DNA of 64,000 bases, from assembly GCA_944320465.1 (NCBI GenBank), contig CALUHO010000006.1:43870-107869 (forward strand), given 5' to 3'. Under the pieces are notes generated by a model. It ran no database searches. It worked only from the letters and a program-made list of their open reading frames with translations, and was not told where the DNA came from. Positions 19,629 to 30,530 of this stretch are shown here, piece after piece. Source of the DNA: an uncultured Bacteroidales bacterium (lineage in GTDB: Bacteria; Bacteroidota; Bacteroidia; Bacteroidales; P3). The translations under genes were made by a program, and so were the position numbers. Positions within the stretch are counted from its first letter, which is position 1; each line of letters begins with the position of its first letter.

Positions 19629-20051
19629 ATGAAAATAGCAATTATCAATGGCCCCAATTTGAACTTGACCGGCCTTAGAGAACCCGATACCTACGGGAAA
19701 GAAAGCTTCGATCAGTATATTCCTCGGCTTTTCGCCCAATTTCCCGAACACGACATCATTTATTTCCAATCGAACGTGGAAGGCGAACTAATCAACATGC
19801 TGCATTCCTGCGGTGGGGAACAGCGTGCCATCCTGCTCAATGCCGGAGGCTATACGCATACCTCGGTAGCCTTGCACGATGCCATCAAGGCTATAGGGAT
19901 GCCCGTTATTGAAATCCATCTTTCCAATATTGCCGCCCGGGAGGAATTTCGACACACATCCTTGATTGGCCGAGCTTGCATCGGCACTATCGCCGGTTTC
20001 GGCTTGGATTCTTACCGCTTAGGAATCCTGGCTTTGGAAAATTTAGCATGA
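19629..20051 (+). CDS. aroQ: Type II 3-dehydroquinate dehydratase
   Basis: MKIAIINGPNLNLTGLREPDTYG...QSNVEGELI...NAGGYTHTSVAL...IEIHLSNI. Confidence 0.9.
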   Translation: MKIAIINGPNLNLTGLREPDTYGKESFDQYIPRLFAQFPEHDIIYFQSNVEGELINMLHSCGGEQRAILLNAGGYTHTSVALHDAIKAIGMPVIEIHLSNIAAREEFRHTSLIGRACIGTIAGFGLDSYRLGILALENLA

Positions 20052-20132
20052 GATACTGCAGTGTCTGGCAAATGCCCTTGCGCAACGATGAAGCATCGAA
20101 ATCTCTGGAATTCCTCTAACAGAACACCCGGT

Positions 20133-20255
20133 AAAAATGATTTTTTGGCGAGCAGATACGAGGCGCCGCGAGGGCGAGAAAAACGGAGCGTACTAAAGTA
20201 CGTGAGCATTTTCGAACCCTCGCGCAACGAAGTAGCTGCCGCCAAAAATCATTTT
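20133..20255 (+). repeat. Long-hairpin intergenic repeat, copy 2 (apex GGAGCGTACTAAAGTACGTGA at 20185-20205)
   Basis: The arms AAAAATGATTTTTTGGCG and CGCCAAAAATCATTTTT, plus inner arms, are complementary. The copy sits between the convergent aroQ and V-ATPase K stops, with T tracts on both strands. It is a likely bidirectional terminator. Confidence 0.75.
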
Positions 20256-20259
20256 TATT

Positions 20260-20718
<459 letters not shown>

Positions 20719-20814
20719 TTAATTTATTTTAACTCGATTAATTATCCTTTCAAAAGTTTATTTTCACATAATCTCGATGCACCTATCAGCTTTCGGCATC
20801 GTCCTCCCGAAATC

Positions 20815-22701
20815 TCAATGCTGGATAGAGAACGGCCGGTAAGGTTTTCCTCCTCCTTCGAAGCCCGCGTTCTTGTAGAATTCCACAAAAGTCAGACGCA
20901 AAGGATGCACTACCGAACCCAAGGCGCAGAGCGCGATATTCAGGCTGTGCCCGAAGAGCAGGATGACCAGCATGATCAATTGGCTCACTACCGGTACGCC
21001 GATACCTGTTCCCGCTGTGACTGCCAATTCGTTGAATACAGCCCCTAAGATACCGCCTGTCAATCCCAGCGCGAACAGACGGATGTAGGAAAGCAAGTCG
21101 CCCACAAGGCCGGTGGCTGTATTATAGGTATCCCACAGCCCCAAACCCAAGTTCAGAAAAGGATTCTTGCCCGGGCTGTTGTAGAAAAAGGCCAGCAAAG
21201 CCCCCATGCCTACCAGCACGTACAAGGGATAGCAAGCCGCCGCCGGAAGCGTGATTCCCATCATCGGAGCCCCGACCAACAGGCCGCCGCAGACAATGAT
21301 GGCCAGCCAGCCCACCTTCGACAAGGCGTATTTGAACCCTTGCTCCTTGGTAATCCTCAGCACGTTCATCACCATCCCGAACAGAATCTGCACCCCTCCG
21401 ATGACCAAGGACAAAGTCATCATCTTGTTGCTGTCGAAGATATAATCGCGAACCTTTCCCAAAGCTTCGATTTCCACCAAGCTGATGCCGAAGAAAGTCC
21501 CTGACAATCCTCCGAAGATAACGGTAGAGACACCGAACCAGAAAGCCAGCCAGGCAAACCCCTTGTAAGACTCGGGCAGCTTCTTGGACAGCACCAGACC
21601 AATCGCAATCAGCAGCAAGCCGTATCCGGCATCCCCGAAACAGAAGCCGAAAAAGGCCATGAAGAACGGCGCCAGCATAGGCGTCAAGTCTATTTCCCGG
21701 TAGTTGGGCAACGAAAACAGCAGAGTAATCGGTTCGAAAAGCTTGGCGAAGCGGTTGTTCCTGAGCAGGACCGGAATCCTGGGCGTTTCCTCCTCGGGCA
21801 GCTTTTCAGCGGCTACGCTCTCGTACACCACCATTTCCCGGTTCAGGAATTCCTCGAATACTTCGCATTTTTCCGTAGGAAGGAATCCTTCAATGAAACG
21901 CAACGAGCCTTCGGCTTCTTCCGGAACGTTCAACGATACCGTCTTGTATTCCAAGCGGTTCATCAAATCGGTCTTATAGCTTTTCAAGATTTCCTGCCGT
22001 TCCAGTAAAAAACGGATGACGGCTCGGCTGACAGCCAAATCCAATTCCTCCTGACGGATTTTTTCTTTCCATTGCGCTGCCGTCCGGGCCGGCAACTCGC
22101 AAAGGCTCACCGAAGCCCCCATGATGGCCGACAGGCTTTCGGCGGTCAATCCTTGGGCTTCTTCCAGCGGGCAGACATAGACAAAATAGACCGAGCCGCT
22201 TTCCCGACCGATTTCCTCCACCGGCAAAGCCGCCAAAGCCTCCCCTTGCGGGAAATATTTCTCGGACATCGAAGCCGGAACCAATCGGAGACCGCTTTCC
22301 TTTTGCAGTCGAGACAGTTTGTCCTTGTCGAATTCACCCCAGATTTCGGCTTTTTTCAGTGCCGCCTTGCTTTCAGCGATGCGGGCTGTCAGTTCTTTCT
22401 TATCCGCCAAAGCGGATTCAGCCTTCGCCAGATAGGATTCCCCATCGGTGACAGCCGCCATATCCACCGACACTTCTGTCAATTGTCCCTTGGGTTCCTT
22501 CAGTTCCTTGGCTTCGAGCTTGAACGCCCTCTGCACCTTCTCGATGCGTTGCAGGATTGGATAGAACTCGGTATCGGCTTGAGGTGTATGTACTTCATTC
22601 TGGCGTATGTCCAACAGGCCTTCCTCCTGCAATTTTTCCATGAACGCGGCAAAATCGCGGTGGAACACCAGAACGGAATATCGGGTCATAGGTACAATCA
22701 T
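20815..22701 (-). CDS. ntpI: V-type ATPase subunit I (a-subunit)
   Basis: A cytosolic N-terminal half and a polytopic C-terminal half with the LSYIRLFALGL Arg motif. Confidence 0.85.
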   Translation of the reverse strand: MIVPMTRYSVLVFHRDFAAFMEKLQEEGLLDIRQNEVHTPQADTEFYPILQRIEKVQRAFKLEAKELKEPKGQLTEVSVDMAAVTDGESYLAKAESALADKKELTARIAESKAALKKAEIWGEFDKDKLSRLQKESGLRLVPASMSEKYFPQGEALAALPVEEIGRESGSVYFVYVCPLEEAQGLTAESLSAIMGASVSLCELPARTAAQWKEKIRQEELDLAVSRAVIRFLLERQEILKSYKTDLMNRLEYKTVSLNVPEEAEGSLRFIEGFLPTEKCEVFEEFLNREMVVYESVAAEKLPEEETPRIPVLLRNNRFAKLFEPITLLFSLPNYREIDLTPMLAPFFMAFFGFCFGDAGYGLLLIAIGLVLSKKLPESYKGFAWLAFWFGVSTVIFGGLSGTFFGISLVEIEALGKVRDYIFDSNKMMTLSLVIGGVQILFGMVMNVLRITKEQGFKYALSKVGWLAIIVCGGLLVGAPMMGITLPAAACYPLYVLVGMGALLAFFYNSPGKNPFLNLGLGLWDTYNTATGLVGDLLSYIRLFALGLTGGILGAVFNELAVTAGTGIGVPVVSQLIMLVILLFGHSLNIALCALGSVVHPLRLTFVEFYKNAGFEGGGKPYRPFSIQH

Positions 22702-23297
22702 AAGCCAGCCTCCTGTTCATGACGGCGTTTAACGATTTTCTGAGCCGATTTGGCCAGATTATCCTCATCCTCAAGAAAACGTTTGATCTTGCGGATGGCT
22801 TCGTTATAACCCGGGATTTGCACTTTCTCATACAGGTTCACCTTCTGGGTCGTCTTTTTACGGGCATCATCCAAAAGGTTCATCTTGCAAGTATATATTT
22901 CGCTTTCGATGCCGATACGGACCAGATCCTTCAGGACGCCTAATCCGTCCGCGTACCAGAGCGGCGCATTGAAAAGCGGGTACTCCTTTTCCTTGAAAAC
23001 GATTTCCTTCAAGCGGGGAATGCGGACTCCGGCTATCTTGTAGGTCTCCAGCTGCACATCTTCCACCCGGATCAGATCCGGCTTGAATTCGGTAAACAGC
23101 CGGGCGAAGCCGTCCATGGCCTGCATCTTGGCTTCCAGTTCCGCATCCATCCGTTCGGCATCGCCCTTGGCTTTCTTCACCTCCAAGCGCAACGCGGACT
23201 CCTTGCTCTTGATGGTCGGCAAAGCCCTCGTACGCGCCTTGAGTTTCTTATCCAGCTCGTTGAGCGCGGTCTTGTTATATTGAAACTTGATAGCCAT
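22698..23297 (-). CDS. ntpD: V-type ATPase subunit D
   Basis: A coiled-coil protein of about 200 aa (LPTIKSKESALR...) in the conserved operon position. It has a 4-nt overlap with subunit I. Confidence 0.85.
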   Translation of the reverse strand: MAIKFQYNKTALNELDKKLKARTRALPTIKSKESALRLEVKKAKGDAERMDAELEAKMQAMDGFARLFTEFKPDLIRVEDVQLETYKIAGVRIPRLKEIVFKEKEYPLFNAPLWYADGLGVLKDLVRIGIESEIYTCKMNLLDDARKKTTQKVNLYEKVQIPGYNEAIRKIKRFLEDEDNLAKSAQKIVKRRHEQEAGL

Positions 23298-23305
23298 ATC
23301 CTGTC

Positions 23306-24631
23306 CTATTTGCTTTGAGGCCAGTATTTATCCATCAGCTCCTGCTTGATGGCCACTTCAGTGGGCGTGAAGTACTTGGCGAACATCCGCCAGATCCGGT
23401 CGAGCATCTCGGTGGTGTCGATATTGATGTCGATGGCCAGGATGTTGGCCGAATAGTCTTTGGCGAACGCCAAGGCTCGTTCATCGTAGTCGCTCAGTTC
23501 GAAGCCGTTTTCCAGCTTGGTCCGGGCATTGGCGGCATCCGCGTACAGACGCACTGCCGCGTTCATCACCTGCGGATGGTCTTCGCGGGTCTGCTTGCCG
23601 ATAACCAGCTGTTTCAGACGGGACAAGGAACGGAACGGATCCACGATGACCTTGTTCACGTCGCTGTCGTTGCGCAGGAATAACTGCCCTTCTGTGATAT
23701 AGCCGGTATTGTCAGGCACGGCATGGGTGATATCCCCGCCGCTCAAGGTGGTCACGGCCAGAATCGTGATGGAGCCGCCCGAAGGCAGCTCGGCGGCCTT
23801 CTCGTAAATCTTGGCCAAGTCCGAGTACAACGAACCGGGCATGCTGTCTTTCGACGGGATCTGGTCCATACGGTTGCTGACGATACTCAAGGCATCGGCA
23901 TACAGGGTCATGTCGGTCAACAGCACCAATACCTTTTCGTTCTTGTCTACTGCGAAGTATTCGGCAGCGGTCAAGGCCATGTCCGGCACTAGCAGACGTT
24001 CCACAGCCGGGTCTTCGGTGGTATTGACAAAGCAGATGATCTTGTCCAAGGCCCCGGCGTTCTCGAACGATTTCTTGAAATAGAGATAGTCGTCGTTGGT
24101 CAGCCCCATGCCGCCCAGGATAATCTTGTCCACCTTGGCCCGCAAGGCCACCATGCACATCACTTCATTGTAAGGCTGGTCGGGGTCGGCAAAGAAGGGA
24201 ATCTTCTGCCCCGAAACCAAAGTGTTGTTCAAGTCGATGCCGGCGATGCCGGTAGGAATCAGCTGGGAGGGCTGCTTCCGTTTCAGCGGGTTGACCGAAG
24301 GGCCGCCGATTTCGCGCCATTCGCCTTCCGCTTCCGCTCCGCCATCGATAGGCCGCCCGTAGGCATCGAAGAAACGCCCGGCCAGATCCTCCCCCACCTT
24401 CAGACCGGGAACATGTCCGGTAAATGCCACTTCCACATTGGTAGCCAAGCCTTCGGTACCCGAAAACACCTGCAAGGTCACCTTGTCACCTTCTATCTTC
24501 ACCACCTGGGCCAAGCGGTCGCCCACCATGGCCAGTTCGTCGTTAGAAGCACCTTGCGCCCGAACCGTGACCGTGGCTTTGGTTACCGCATCCAAATGGG
24601 TGTAAACCCGCTGAAAAGCTTTGTTGTTCAT
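23306..24631 (-). CDS. ntpB: V-type ATPase subunit B
   Basis: Non-catalytic nucleotide-binding subunit motifs (GQKIPFFAD, LLTDMT, PGSLYSDLA). The start is set at the MNNKAFQRVY Met. Confidence 0.9.
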   Translation of the reverse strand: MNNKAFQRVYTHLDAVTKATVTVRAQGASNDELAMVGDRLAQVVKIEGDKVTLQVFSGTEGLATNVEVAFTGHVPGLKVGEDLAGRFFDAYGRPIDGGAEAEGEWREIGGPSVNPLKRKQPSQLIPTGIAGIDLNNTLVSGQKIPFFADPDQPYNEVMCMVALRAKVDKIILGGMGLTNDDYLYFKKSFENAGALDKIICFVNTTEDPAVERLLVPDMALTAAEYFAVDKNEKVLVLLTDMTLYADALSIVSNRMDQIPSKDSMPGSLYSDLAKIYEKAAELPSGGSITILAVTTLSGGDITHAVPDNTGYITEGQLFLRNDSDVNKVIVDPFRSLSRLKQLVIGKQTREDHPQVMNAAVRLYADAANARTKLENGFELSDYDERALAFAKDYSANILAIDINIDTTEMLDRIWRMFAKYFTPTEVAIKQELMDKYWPQSK

Positions 24632-24736
24632 AATTCCTTCTTGTTTATTGGTGTCGCCGTCCCGCAATTCCGCAAAAAGCCTGCGCATGGAATCCCGCAC
24701 CGGCCGGAACGTTCGCGGAAACCGGGGTCAAAACGG

Positions 24737-26515
24737 CTAAGCTACTTCGGTTTTCCCTTGTTCCTCCTGTTGGGCCACCAAGGCATCCACTTGCTGTTCG
24801 TAGGACTTGAACTTTTCATCCTGGAACTGGCAGTAGTTCATCTGGCGGAAGAAGTTGATCAGCTGCTTGTAGAAATCGACGCATTCGGTAAAGGTGTCGA
24901 ACTCCAATTCCTTGTGGCAAATCGACATCACTTTCTCGAACATGTACTTCTGACGGTTCATCGGGCAGAGGCTGTCGGTCTTGTCGAAAGCATCCTGCTG
25001 GAGAATCACGAAGTCGATCAGTTCCGACTTCCAATAGCGGTCGTGGTAGGATACCGGCACCCCGTCGTCCCCCAGGATATTGATCTGCTCGTAGGCTTCC
25101 TTGCCTCGCAGGACGTAATTCTTGCCTTCGTTTACCAAAGGCACCCACTCCTCGCCCAGCTGCTTGCCTAGGAACTCGATGATTTCAGGGTATTCCAGAT
25201 ATTTCGAATAGCTGTCGATCGGGTCGATAGCCGGGTAACGCTTGCTATCGGCGCGGGACTGGGACAAGGCGTAGAAGCAACGGGCCGCCTTCTTGGTGCC
25301 TTCGGTCACCGGCTCCTTCAAGTTGCCACCAGCAGGGGAAACCGTGCCGATGAAGGTGATGGAACCGGTAGCTCCGTTGTTCAGGTAGACGAATCCGGCC
25401 CGGGCGTAGAACCCGGAAATGATGGAGGACAAGTCCATAGGGAAGGCATCCGGCCCCGGCAACTCTTCCAGACGGTTGCTCATTTCGCGCAAGGCCTGCG
25501 CCCAGCGGGAAGTAGAGTCGGCCAGCAGGAGCACCCTCAGGCCCATCGCCCGGTAGTATTCCCCGATGGTCATGGCCGTATAGACGGAGGCTTCACGAGC
25601 CGCCACCGGCATGTTGGATGTATTGCAGATGATCGTGGTCCGTTCCATCAGGCTCCGGCCGGTACGCGGGTCTTCCAGCAAAGGGAATTCGGCAAAGATT
25701 TCCACTACCTCGTTGGCACGTTCCCCGCAGGCAGCCATCAGGATCACATCCACGTTGGCCTGCTTGGAGATAGCGTGCTGCAAGACGGTCTTGCCCGAAC
25801 CGAAAGGACCGGGAATGAAGCCGGTACCGCCTTCGGCGATCGGGTTGAAGGTATCGATGACCCTCACTCCGGTTTCCAAGAGCTTGAAGGGTCTCGGTTT
25901 TTCCTTGTAATTGGTAATGGCCACTTTGACCGGCCATTTCTGCACCATCGTCACTTCGTGGTCCTTGCCTTTTCCATCGGTCAGGACGGCCATCGTCTCG
26001 TTGATGGCATAGCTGCCGGCTGCCGTCACTTGCTTTACCACGTATTCGCCTTTGAACTTGAAAGGAACCATGATCTTGTGGGGCAGCCAGCCTTCCTTGA
26101 CTTCGCCTAACCAATCCCCGGCCCTTACTTTGTCTCCCACTTTTGCCAAAGGCGTGAAATCCCATTTCTTGGTATCGTCCAAGGCCGCCGTGTAGCATCC
26201 TCTTTTCAGGAAAACGCCTTCCATTGTGGCCAGGTTGTTCTGCAAGCCGTCGTAATTGCTCGACAGCAAGCCCGGTCCCAATGTGGCTTCCAGCATCTGG
26301 CCTTCAAATTCCACTTCGCAGCCCACTTTCAGGCCGCGGGTACTCTCAAAGACCTGCACGTAAGCGGTGTCTCCGGTAATCTTGATTACTTCAGCCATCA
26401 GCTTCACGTTGTTCAGGCTGATGAAACAGATTTCGTTCTGGGCAACCGGTCCCTCGGTCTTGACCATGACCAAGTTGGATACGATACCGGTAACTTTGCC
26501 TTTCGTTTTTTCCAT
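24737..26515 (-). CDS. ntpA: V-type ATPase catalytic subunit A
   Basis: Walker A GPFGSGKT, LLADSTSRWAQALRE and the non-homologous insert typical of A subunits. Confidence 0.9.
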   Translation of the reverse strand: MEKTKGKVTGIVSNLVMVKTEGPVAQNEICFISLNNVKLMAEVIKITGDTAYVQVFESTRGLKVGCEVEFEGQMLEATLGPGLLSSNYDGLQNNLATMEGVFLKRGCYTAALDDTKKWDFTPLAKVGDKVRAGDWLGEVKEGWLPHKIMVPFKFKGEYVVKQVTAAGSYAINETMAVLTDGKGKDHEVTMVQKWPVKVAITNYKEKPRPFKLLETGVRVIDTFNPIAEGGTGFIPGPFGSGKTVLQHAISKQANVDVILMAACGERANEVVEIFAEFPLLEDPRTGRSLMERTTIICNTSNMPVAAREASVYTAMTIGEYYRAMGLRVLLLADSTSRWAQALREMSNRLEELPGPDAFPMDLSSIISGFYARAGFVYLNNGATGSITFIGTVSPAGGNLKEPVTEGTKKAARCFYALSQSRADSKRYPAIDPIDSYSKYLEYPEIIEFLGKQLGEEWVPLVNEGKNYVLRGKEAYEQINILGDDGVPVSYHDRYWKSELIDFVILQQDAFDKTDSLCPMNRQKYMFEKVMSICHKELEFDTFTECVDFYKQLINFFRQMNYCQFQDEKFKSYEQQVDALVAQQEEQGKTEVA

Positions 26516-26607
26516 AATCGTTATTCTAAGGCGGCGCAGGGCCGTCCGTAAAGTCTTCTATAAGTGTCTGGCAGGCATTCCCATTCCTGCCTCCGGAAAT
26601 CCTGTCA

Positions 26608-27504
26608 TCAGAATCCCCTCTTTTTCGTTGCCTCGTCCTCGCCTAATTTCACTTTTCTCAGACTGTCCACCGTTTCTTGCAGGTATTGCCGGCCCGCTGC
26701 AGCGTCCATGTCCTGCCAGCGTTTCAGTATCTGCATCTTGACCAAATATGCCAGCACCACATCCATCTGGAAATCTTTGCCAAGAATCATTTCATCCAGC
26801 ATATCCCAGCGGAACTGATCCACTTTGCGTTCGCGCACATAGACATCTTCCGAGTCCAAGGCGGCGAAAAGTTCCTCCGCGTACGACAGCCTCAGTTTCA
26901 ATCCGAAATCGCCCTGCCCCATGTTTTCCTTTATCCAGGCAATCAATTCCGGTTCGCCATCTTCGGGTTCTTCTTCCGGTTTTGGAGCCAAGGCTCTGGG
27001 CAATACGAATTCTTTGTCGGCCGGACGCTGCTGCTTGCGGGCGGCAAAAGCCACCAAGGTGTTTTTCAGCGTCAAGTCGAAGTCGTACCAGAGCCGGACG
27101 AACTTGTTTCGGTAACGGCTCATGCAGTTGTAAAAAGCCTCGTCCAGTTTCCGTTTGAGAATCAGAATCGTCTCTCCTTCGGGACGCTTGCTCAGGCCGG
27201 CTTCCTCATCGCCTTCGAGCCAATAGGCCAGATTATGGCGGTAGAGTTCTTTCTGGTAAGCAGGCCAAGGGCAATCCGTCAGGAATTCTTCCCTCGCCTC
27301 TTCTTCGGCTTGCATGGGCAGGTATGCCTTGGCCACTTCCTCGTTGCGGGGGAAAGCCAGGAAAAGCTCCGCCAGCCTCTGGTCTGCAGGAGAAAGCAAT
27401 TCAAAAATCTGGTTGTAGAGATCCTGGTAAGAAAAGCTGTCCGGATTCATGTTGAAATTCAGTTCCGGAAGCCCGCACAACAAGTATGGATAATAACCGC
27501 TCAT
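26608..27504 (-). CDS. DUF2764 protein (V-ATPase operon-associated, occupies the subunit C position)
   Basis: The YYPYLLCGLPEL N-terminus and the position between the E and A subunits, as in other Bacteroidetes V-ATPase operons. Confidence 0.7.
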   Translation of the reverse strand: MSGYYPYLLCGLPELNFNMNPDSFSYQDLYNQIFELLSPADQRLAELFLAFPRNEEVAKAYLPMQAEEEAREEFLTDCPWPAYQKELYRHNLAYWLEGDEEAGLSKRPEGETILILKRKLDEAFYNCMSRYRNKFVRLWYDFDLTLKNTLVAFAARKQQRPADKEFVLPRALAPKPEEEPEDGEPELIAWIKENMGQGDFGLKLRLSYAEELFAALDSEDVYVRERKVDQFRWDMLDEMILGKDFQMDVVLAYLVKMQILKRWQDMDAAAGRQYLQETVDSLRKVKLGEDEATKKRGF

Positions 27505-27516
27505 GGACCGAAGGTT

Positions 27517-28125
27517 TTAGAAAAGCAGTTGCTTGATACGGGGACGGGCGTATTCTTCAAAAAGAGCCATGAAATCTTCTTCGGTAAAGCTGAGCTGGTA
27601 GCCTTCGGCCTTGTTGACGATTTTGAAGCCGCCTTTGAGGTCTCCGTCGAACTTTACTTCCAGTCCGGCTTCGAGATCCGCGCCCAACTGGCCTTCCAGG
27701 AATTTGTCAAAGCGGTTGCGGTAGTCTTCCGGCAGCAGCAATTCAAGGCTCAACCCGTTGTATCCGGCAGGCTTGAAGCATTCCATAGCCTTGACTATCA
27801 CCAATTGCACGAATTCGACCTGTTCCATGGCCGAGTGCAGGGCCGGAGCCAGACTGCGCCGCATCAGATGGTTTTCCACTTCTTCTTTCAAGGTGGAAAT
27901 CATCTGTCGGGATGTGATTTTTATTTCGGTAAGCGTGTTGTTCTTGAGGTCTTCGGCTTCCTTCCGGGCTTTTTCAACGATTTCCTTGGCTTGTTCCTGG
28001 GCCGATTCCACAATCCGGGATGCCTGGGCCTTGGCTTCCTGCAACAGGCGTTCGCCTTCTTCTTTTCCTTTGCTCAAGCCGTCTTGGTACAGCTTGTCGG
28101 TCAGGGCTTGCAATTTGTTTTCCAT
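27517..28125 (-). CDS. ntpE: V-type ATPase subunit E
   Basis: An N-terminal long charged helix (QEAKAQASRIVESAQEQAKEIVEKARKEAE) plus a globular C-terminal domain. It is the first gene of the operon. Confidence 0.8.
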   Translation of the reverse strand: MENKLQALTDKLYQDGLSKGKEEGERLLQEAKAQASRIVESAQEQAKEIVEKARKEAEDLKNNTLTEIKITSRQMISTLKEEVENHLMRRSLAPALHSAMEQVEFVQLVIVKAMECFKPAGYNGLSLELLLPEDYRNRFDKFLEGQLGADLEAGLEVKFDGDLKGGFKIVNKAEGYQLSFTEEDFMALFEEYARPRIKQLLF

Positions 28126-28384
28126 AAACCAGATTTATTCAAAATTCTTTTCCGGGAAGGACGATGCCAAGGGAATGAAGCCACCGTCCCACAGCGAGCT
28201 TTGGAAGCTATCACCGAAAAACGGGGCTAAAGTTAAGAATTAATCTGGTACAGTACCCCTGATTTCACCAAAAGAAATCCACCGCTTATCCACAATCCGA
28301 CCCGGATATCATTCTGGATAGCGGAACGGACTCCTTTACGTCAAATAATCGCGATCTTGCGTGGTCTCGATGCCACCCCTGATG

Positions 28385-29005
28385 TTACGCACCGGTAATG
28401 GCTCCTTTGATGCCCTCGATCACCATATTCGTCCCCATAATCGCCACAATCAAGCCCATCAGCTTGCCGAGCACCATGATGATGTTGTTGCCGAGGAAGC
28501 GGAAGATGCGGTCGCTGAAGATAAAAGCCAAATAAGTGATTGTCATAACAATAGCCAACACAACCACGATAATGATCATCCCGATGATGCTTTGCTCGGC
28601 GGTGTAGTTCATGGCGGCCACAATAGTGCCCGGACCAGCCAAGATCGGGATGGCCAATGGCGAGATGGCCACGCCCTCGTCAAAAGCCTGGGACTGCCCG
28701 GTGCCTTGAACCGAAGACTTCTTTGACGAAAGCAATTCGAAACCCACATAGAACAACAGGACACCCCCGGTGATACGGAATGCGGGTATCGTGATGCCCA
28801 AGAAATCGAAAATGGATTTCCCGACAAAAATGAACGTCAGAATGATGACGAAAGCCGATACCGTTGCGGTCTTGGCTACTCTCTTTTTGGTCGGTCTGTC
28901 GGCCGAGGATGTCAGGTCCAGAAAAATGGGAATACTGGACACAGGATTGACAATGGCAAACAGAGAGGTGAAGACCGAGATGGCCAGCACGCCTAAATTT
29001 TCCAT
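28385..29005 (-). CDS. MarC family (UPF0056) membrane protein
   Basis: FAIVNPVSSIPIFL motif, six TM segments, about 206 aa. Confidence 0.8.
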   Translation of the reverse strand: MENLGVLAISVFTSLFAIVNPVSSIPIFLDLTSSADRPTKKRVAKTATVSAFVIILTFIFVGKSIFDFLGITIPAFRITGGVLLFYVGFELLSSKKSSVQGTGQSQAFDEGVAISPLAIPILAGPGTIVAAMNYTAEQSIIGMIIIVVVLAIVMTITYLAFIFSDRIFRFLGNNIIMVLGKLMGLIVAIMGTNMVIEGIKGAITGA

Positions 29006-29191
29006 GTTGCTATATAATTAATAGGTATATACTTATGCCCTTCGAGTTTTTTTTCGTTTCCTGCGCTTGCGTGCCATGGTGTCGTCCGCCAAAGAAGGCC
29101 AAGCCGACAGGAAAAGGAAGGACGCCCTCCCATAAAAAAGAGGGGAACGGCTCAACGACCATTCCCCTCTCTCAGGTCAAGCAAAACTTGG

Positions 29192-30103
29192 TTACTTACG
29201 GCAGGACAAAGCCGCCAACGCAATGGAGTTCAACTTCGTCTTAGTGGTATCGCCACGCGAAGACAGAACGCAGGGAACTTTGGCGCCTACTACCATCGCG
29301 GCCACTTCACCCTTGCAGAATTTGGTGTGCATCTTGTAGAAGATGTTGCCCGATTCGATGTTGGGGAAGAGCAAGCAGTCGGCATCGCCGGCTACCGGAC
29401 CGCCTACGCCTTTGATCTGGCAGGCTTCCGGGTCGATGGCCACATCCAATGCCAAAGGACCGTCCACGTAACCGCCCTTGATTTGCCCCCTGTCGGCCAT
29501 CTTGGCTATCAATGCGGCATCCACGCAAGCCTGCATCCCGGCCGACATCTGTTCGGTGGCGGCTAGAACGGCTACTTTCGGTTTTTCCACGCCAATGCTG
29601 TGTGCGGTGGAAATCAAATAGTTGCAAATCGTTGTCTTCTGCTTCAAATCCGGAGCGGGAATGATGGCGATATCGCTGGCTACCAAAAGCTTGTGGTAGA
29701 AAGGATTCTGCAAGAGGGCGATATGGGTCAGCATGGCTTTAGGACCGGGCATCAGGCCGTTTTCTTTGTTGAGGATGGCACGCATGTACTTGTCGGTGCT
29801 GACCAAGCCTTTCATCAACACGTCGCCTTCACCGGCATTGATCAACTTCACGGCCATCTGGGCAGCCTTGTTGTCGTCCTTCTCCTGTACGATTTTGAAC
29901 TTGTTGATGTCGATTTGTTCGTTTTCGCAGACTTTCTTGATCATTTCGGTATCGCCGACCAAGGTAGCATCGACAATTCCCAAATCAACGGCTTTGCTGA
30001 CAGCGGTAACCGTATGGTCGTCCACTGCGTAAGCAGCCACCAAGCGTTTTTTGCCATTCGCCTTCACCAGGTCGAACAGCTGATCCAATTTACTGATAGC
30101 CAT
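29192..30103 (-). CDS. ptb: Phosphate butyryl/acetyl-transferase (PTA_PTB family, short form)
   Basis: About 300 aa with DVLMKGLVSTD, LVASDIAI and GDADCLLFPNIESGNIFYK motifs. Confidence 0.8.
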   Translation of the reverse strand: MAISKLDQLFDLVKANGKKRLVAAYAVDDHTVTAVSKAVDLGIVDATLVGDTEMIKKVCENEQIDINKFKIVQEKDDNKAAQMAVKLINAGEGDVLMKGLVSTDKYMRAILNKENGLMPGPKAMLTHIALLQNPFYHKLLVASDIAIIPAPDLKQKTTICNYLISTAHSIGVEKPKVAVLAATEQMSAGMQACVDAALIAKMADRGQIKGGYVDGPLALDVAIDPEACQIKGVGGPVAGDADCLLFPNIESGNIFYKMHTKFCKGEVAAMVVGAKVPCVLSSRGDTTKTKLNSIALAALSCRK

Positions 30104-30530
30104 ATTTCAAATATTTAGTAAGTTCTTGTTTACGAGCTATATTGCCTATCTTCGGAAGGCATTGGAACGAATCCCGGTTTTCCGAACCGTCCCTTAAAAC
30201 GCTGCAAAAGTACTACAAAATCCCATAACAAGAAACAATTTTGCGAACCGTGGCCATACGCTGCAACCTGCAACTGGCGGAGGCCTTCTACCTCAGCCTG
30301 TCTATGCTGGAAGTAAGTGACATTATCTCCCAATCGGCATTACAAGCGGCATTATCAGAATAACCGATTTATGAATTACTTTTGCCTCCCGATTTTAGGT
30401 TTCACAGGGCATGTTCCCTAAATCAGGCGCATGATTTCGCCTTTATGAGAGTCATTGGGTGATACCCAAGGCATGCCGCATGAGACCTAAGGTCGGCCAC
30501 CTAATTTGTTACTAATCATCATTCTTCGCC

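Noticed and set aside
26677-28230. 517-aa + strand ORF across the V-ATPase E/DUF2764 genes
   Set aside because: It is an antisense shadow ORF (Q/F/V/R-rich, no motifs). The minus strand carries two genes in a conserved operon context.
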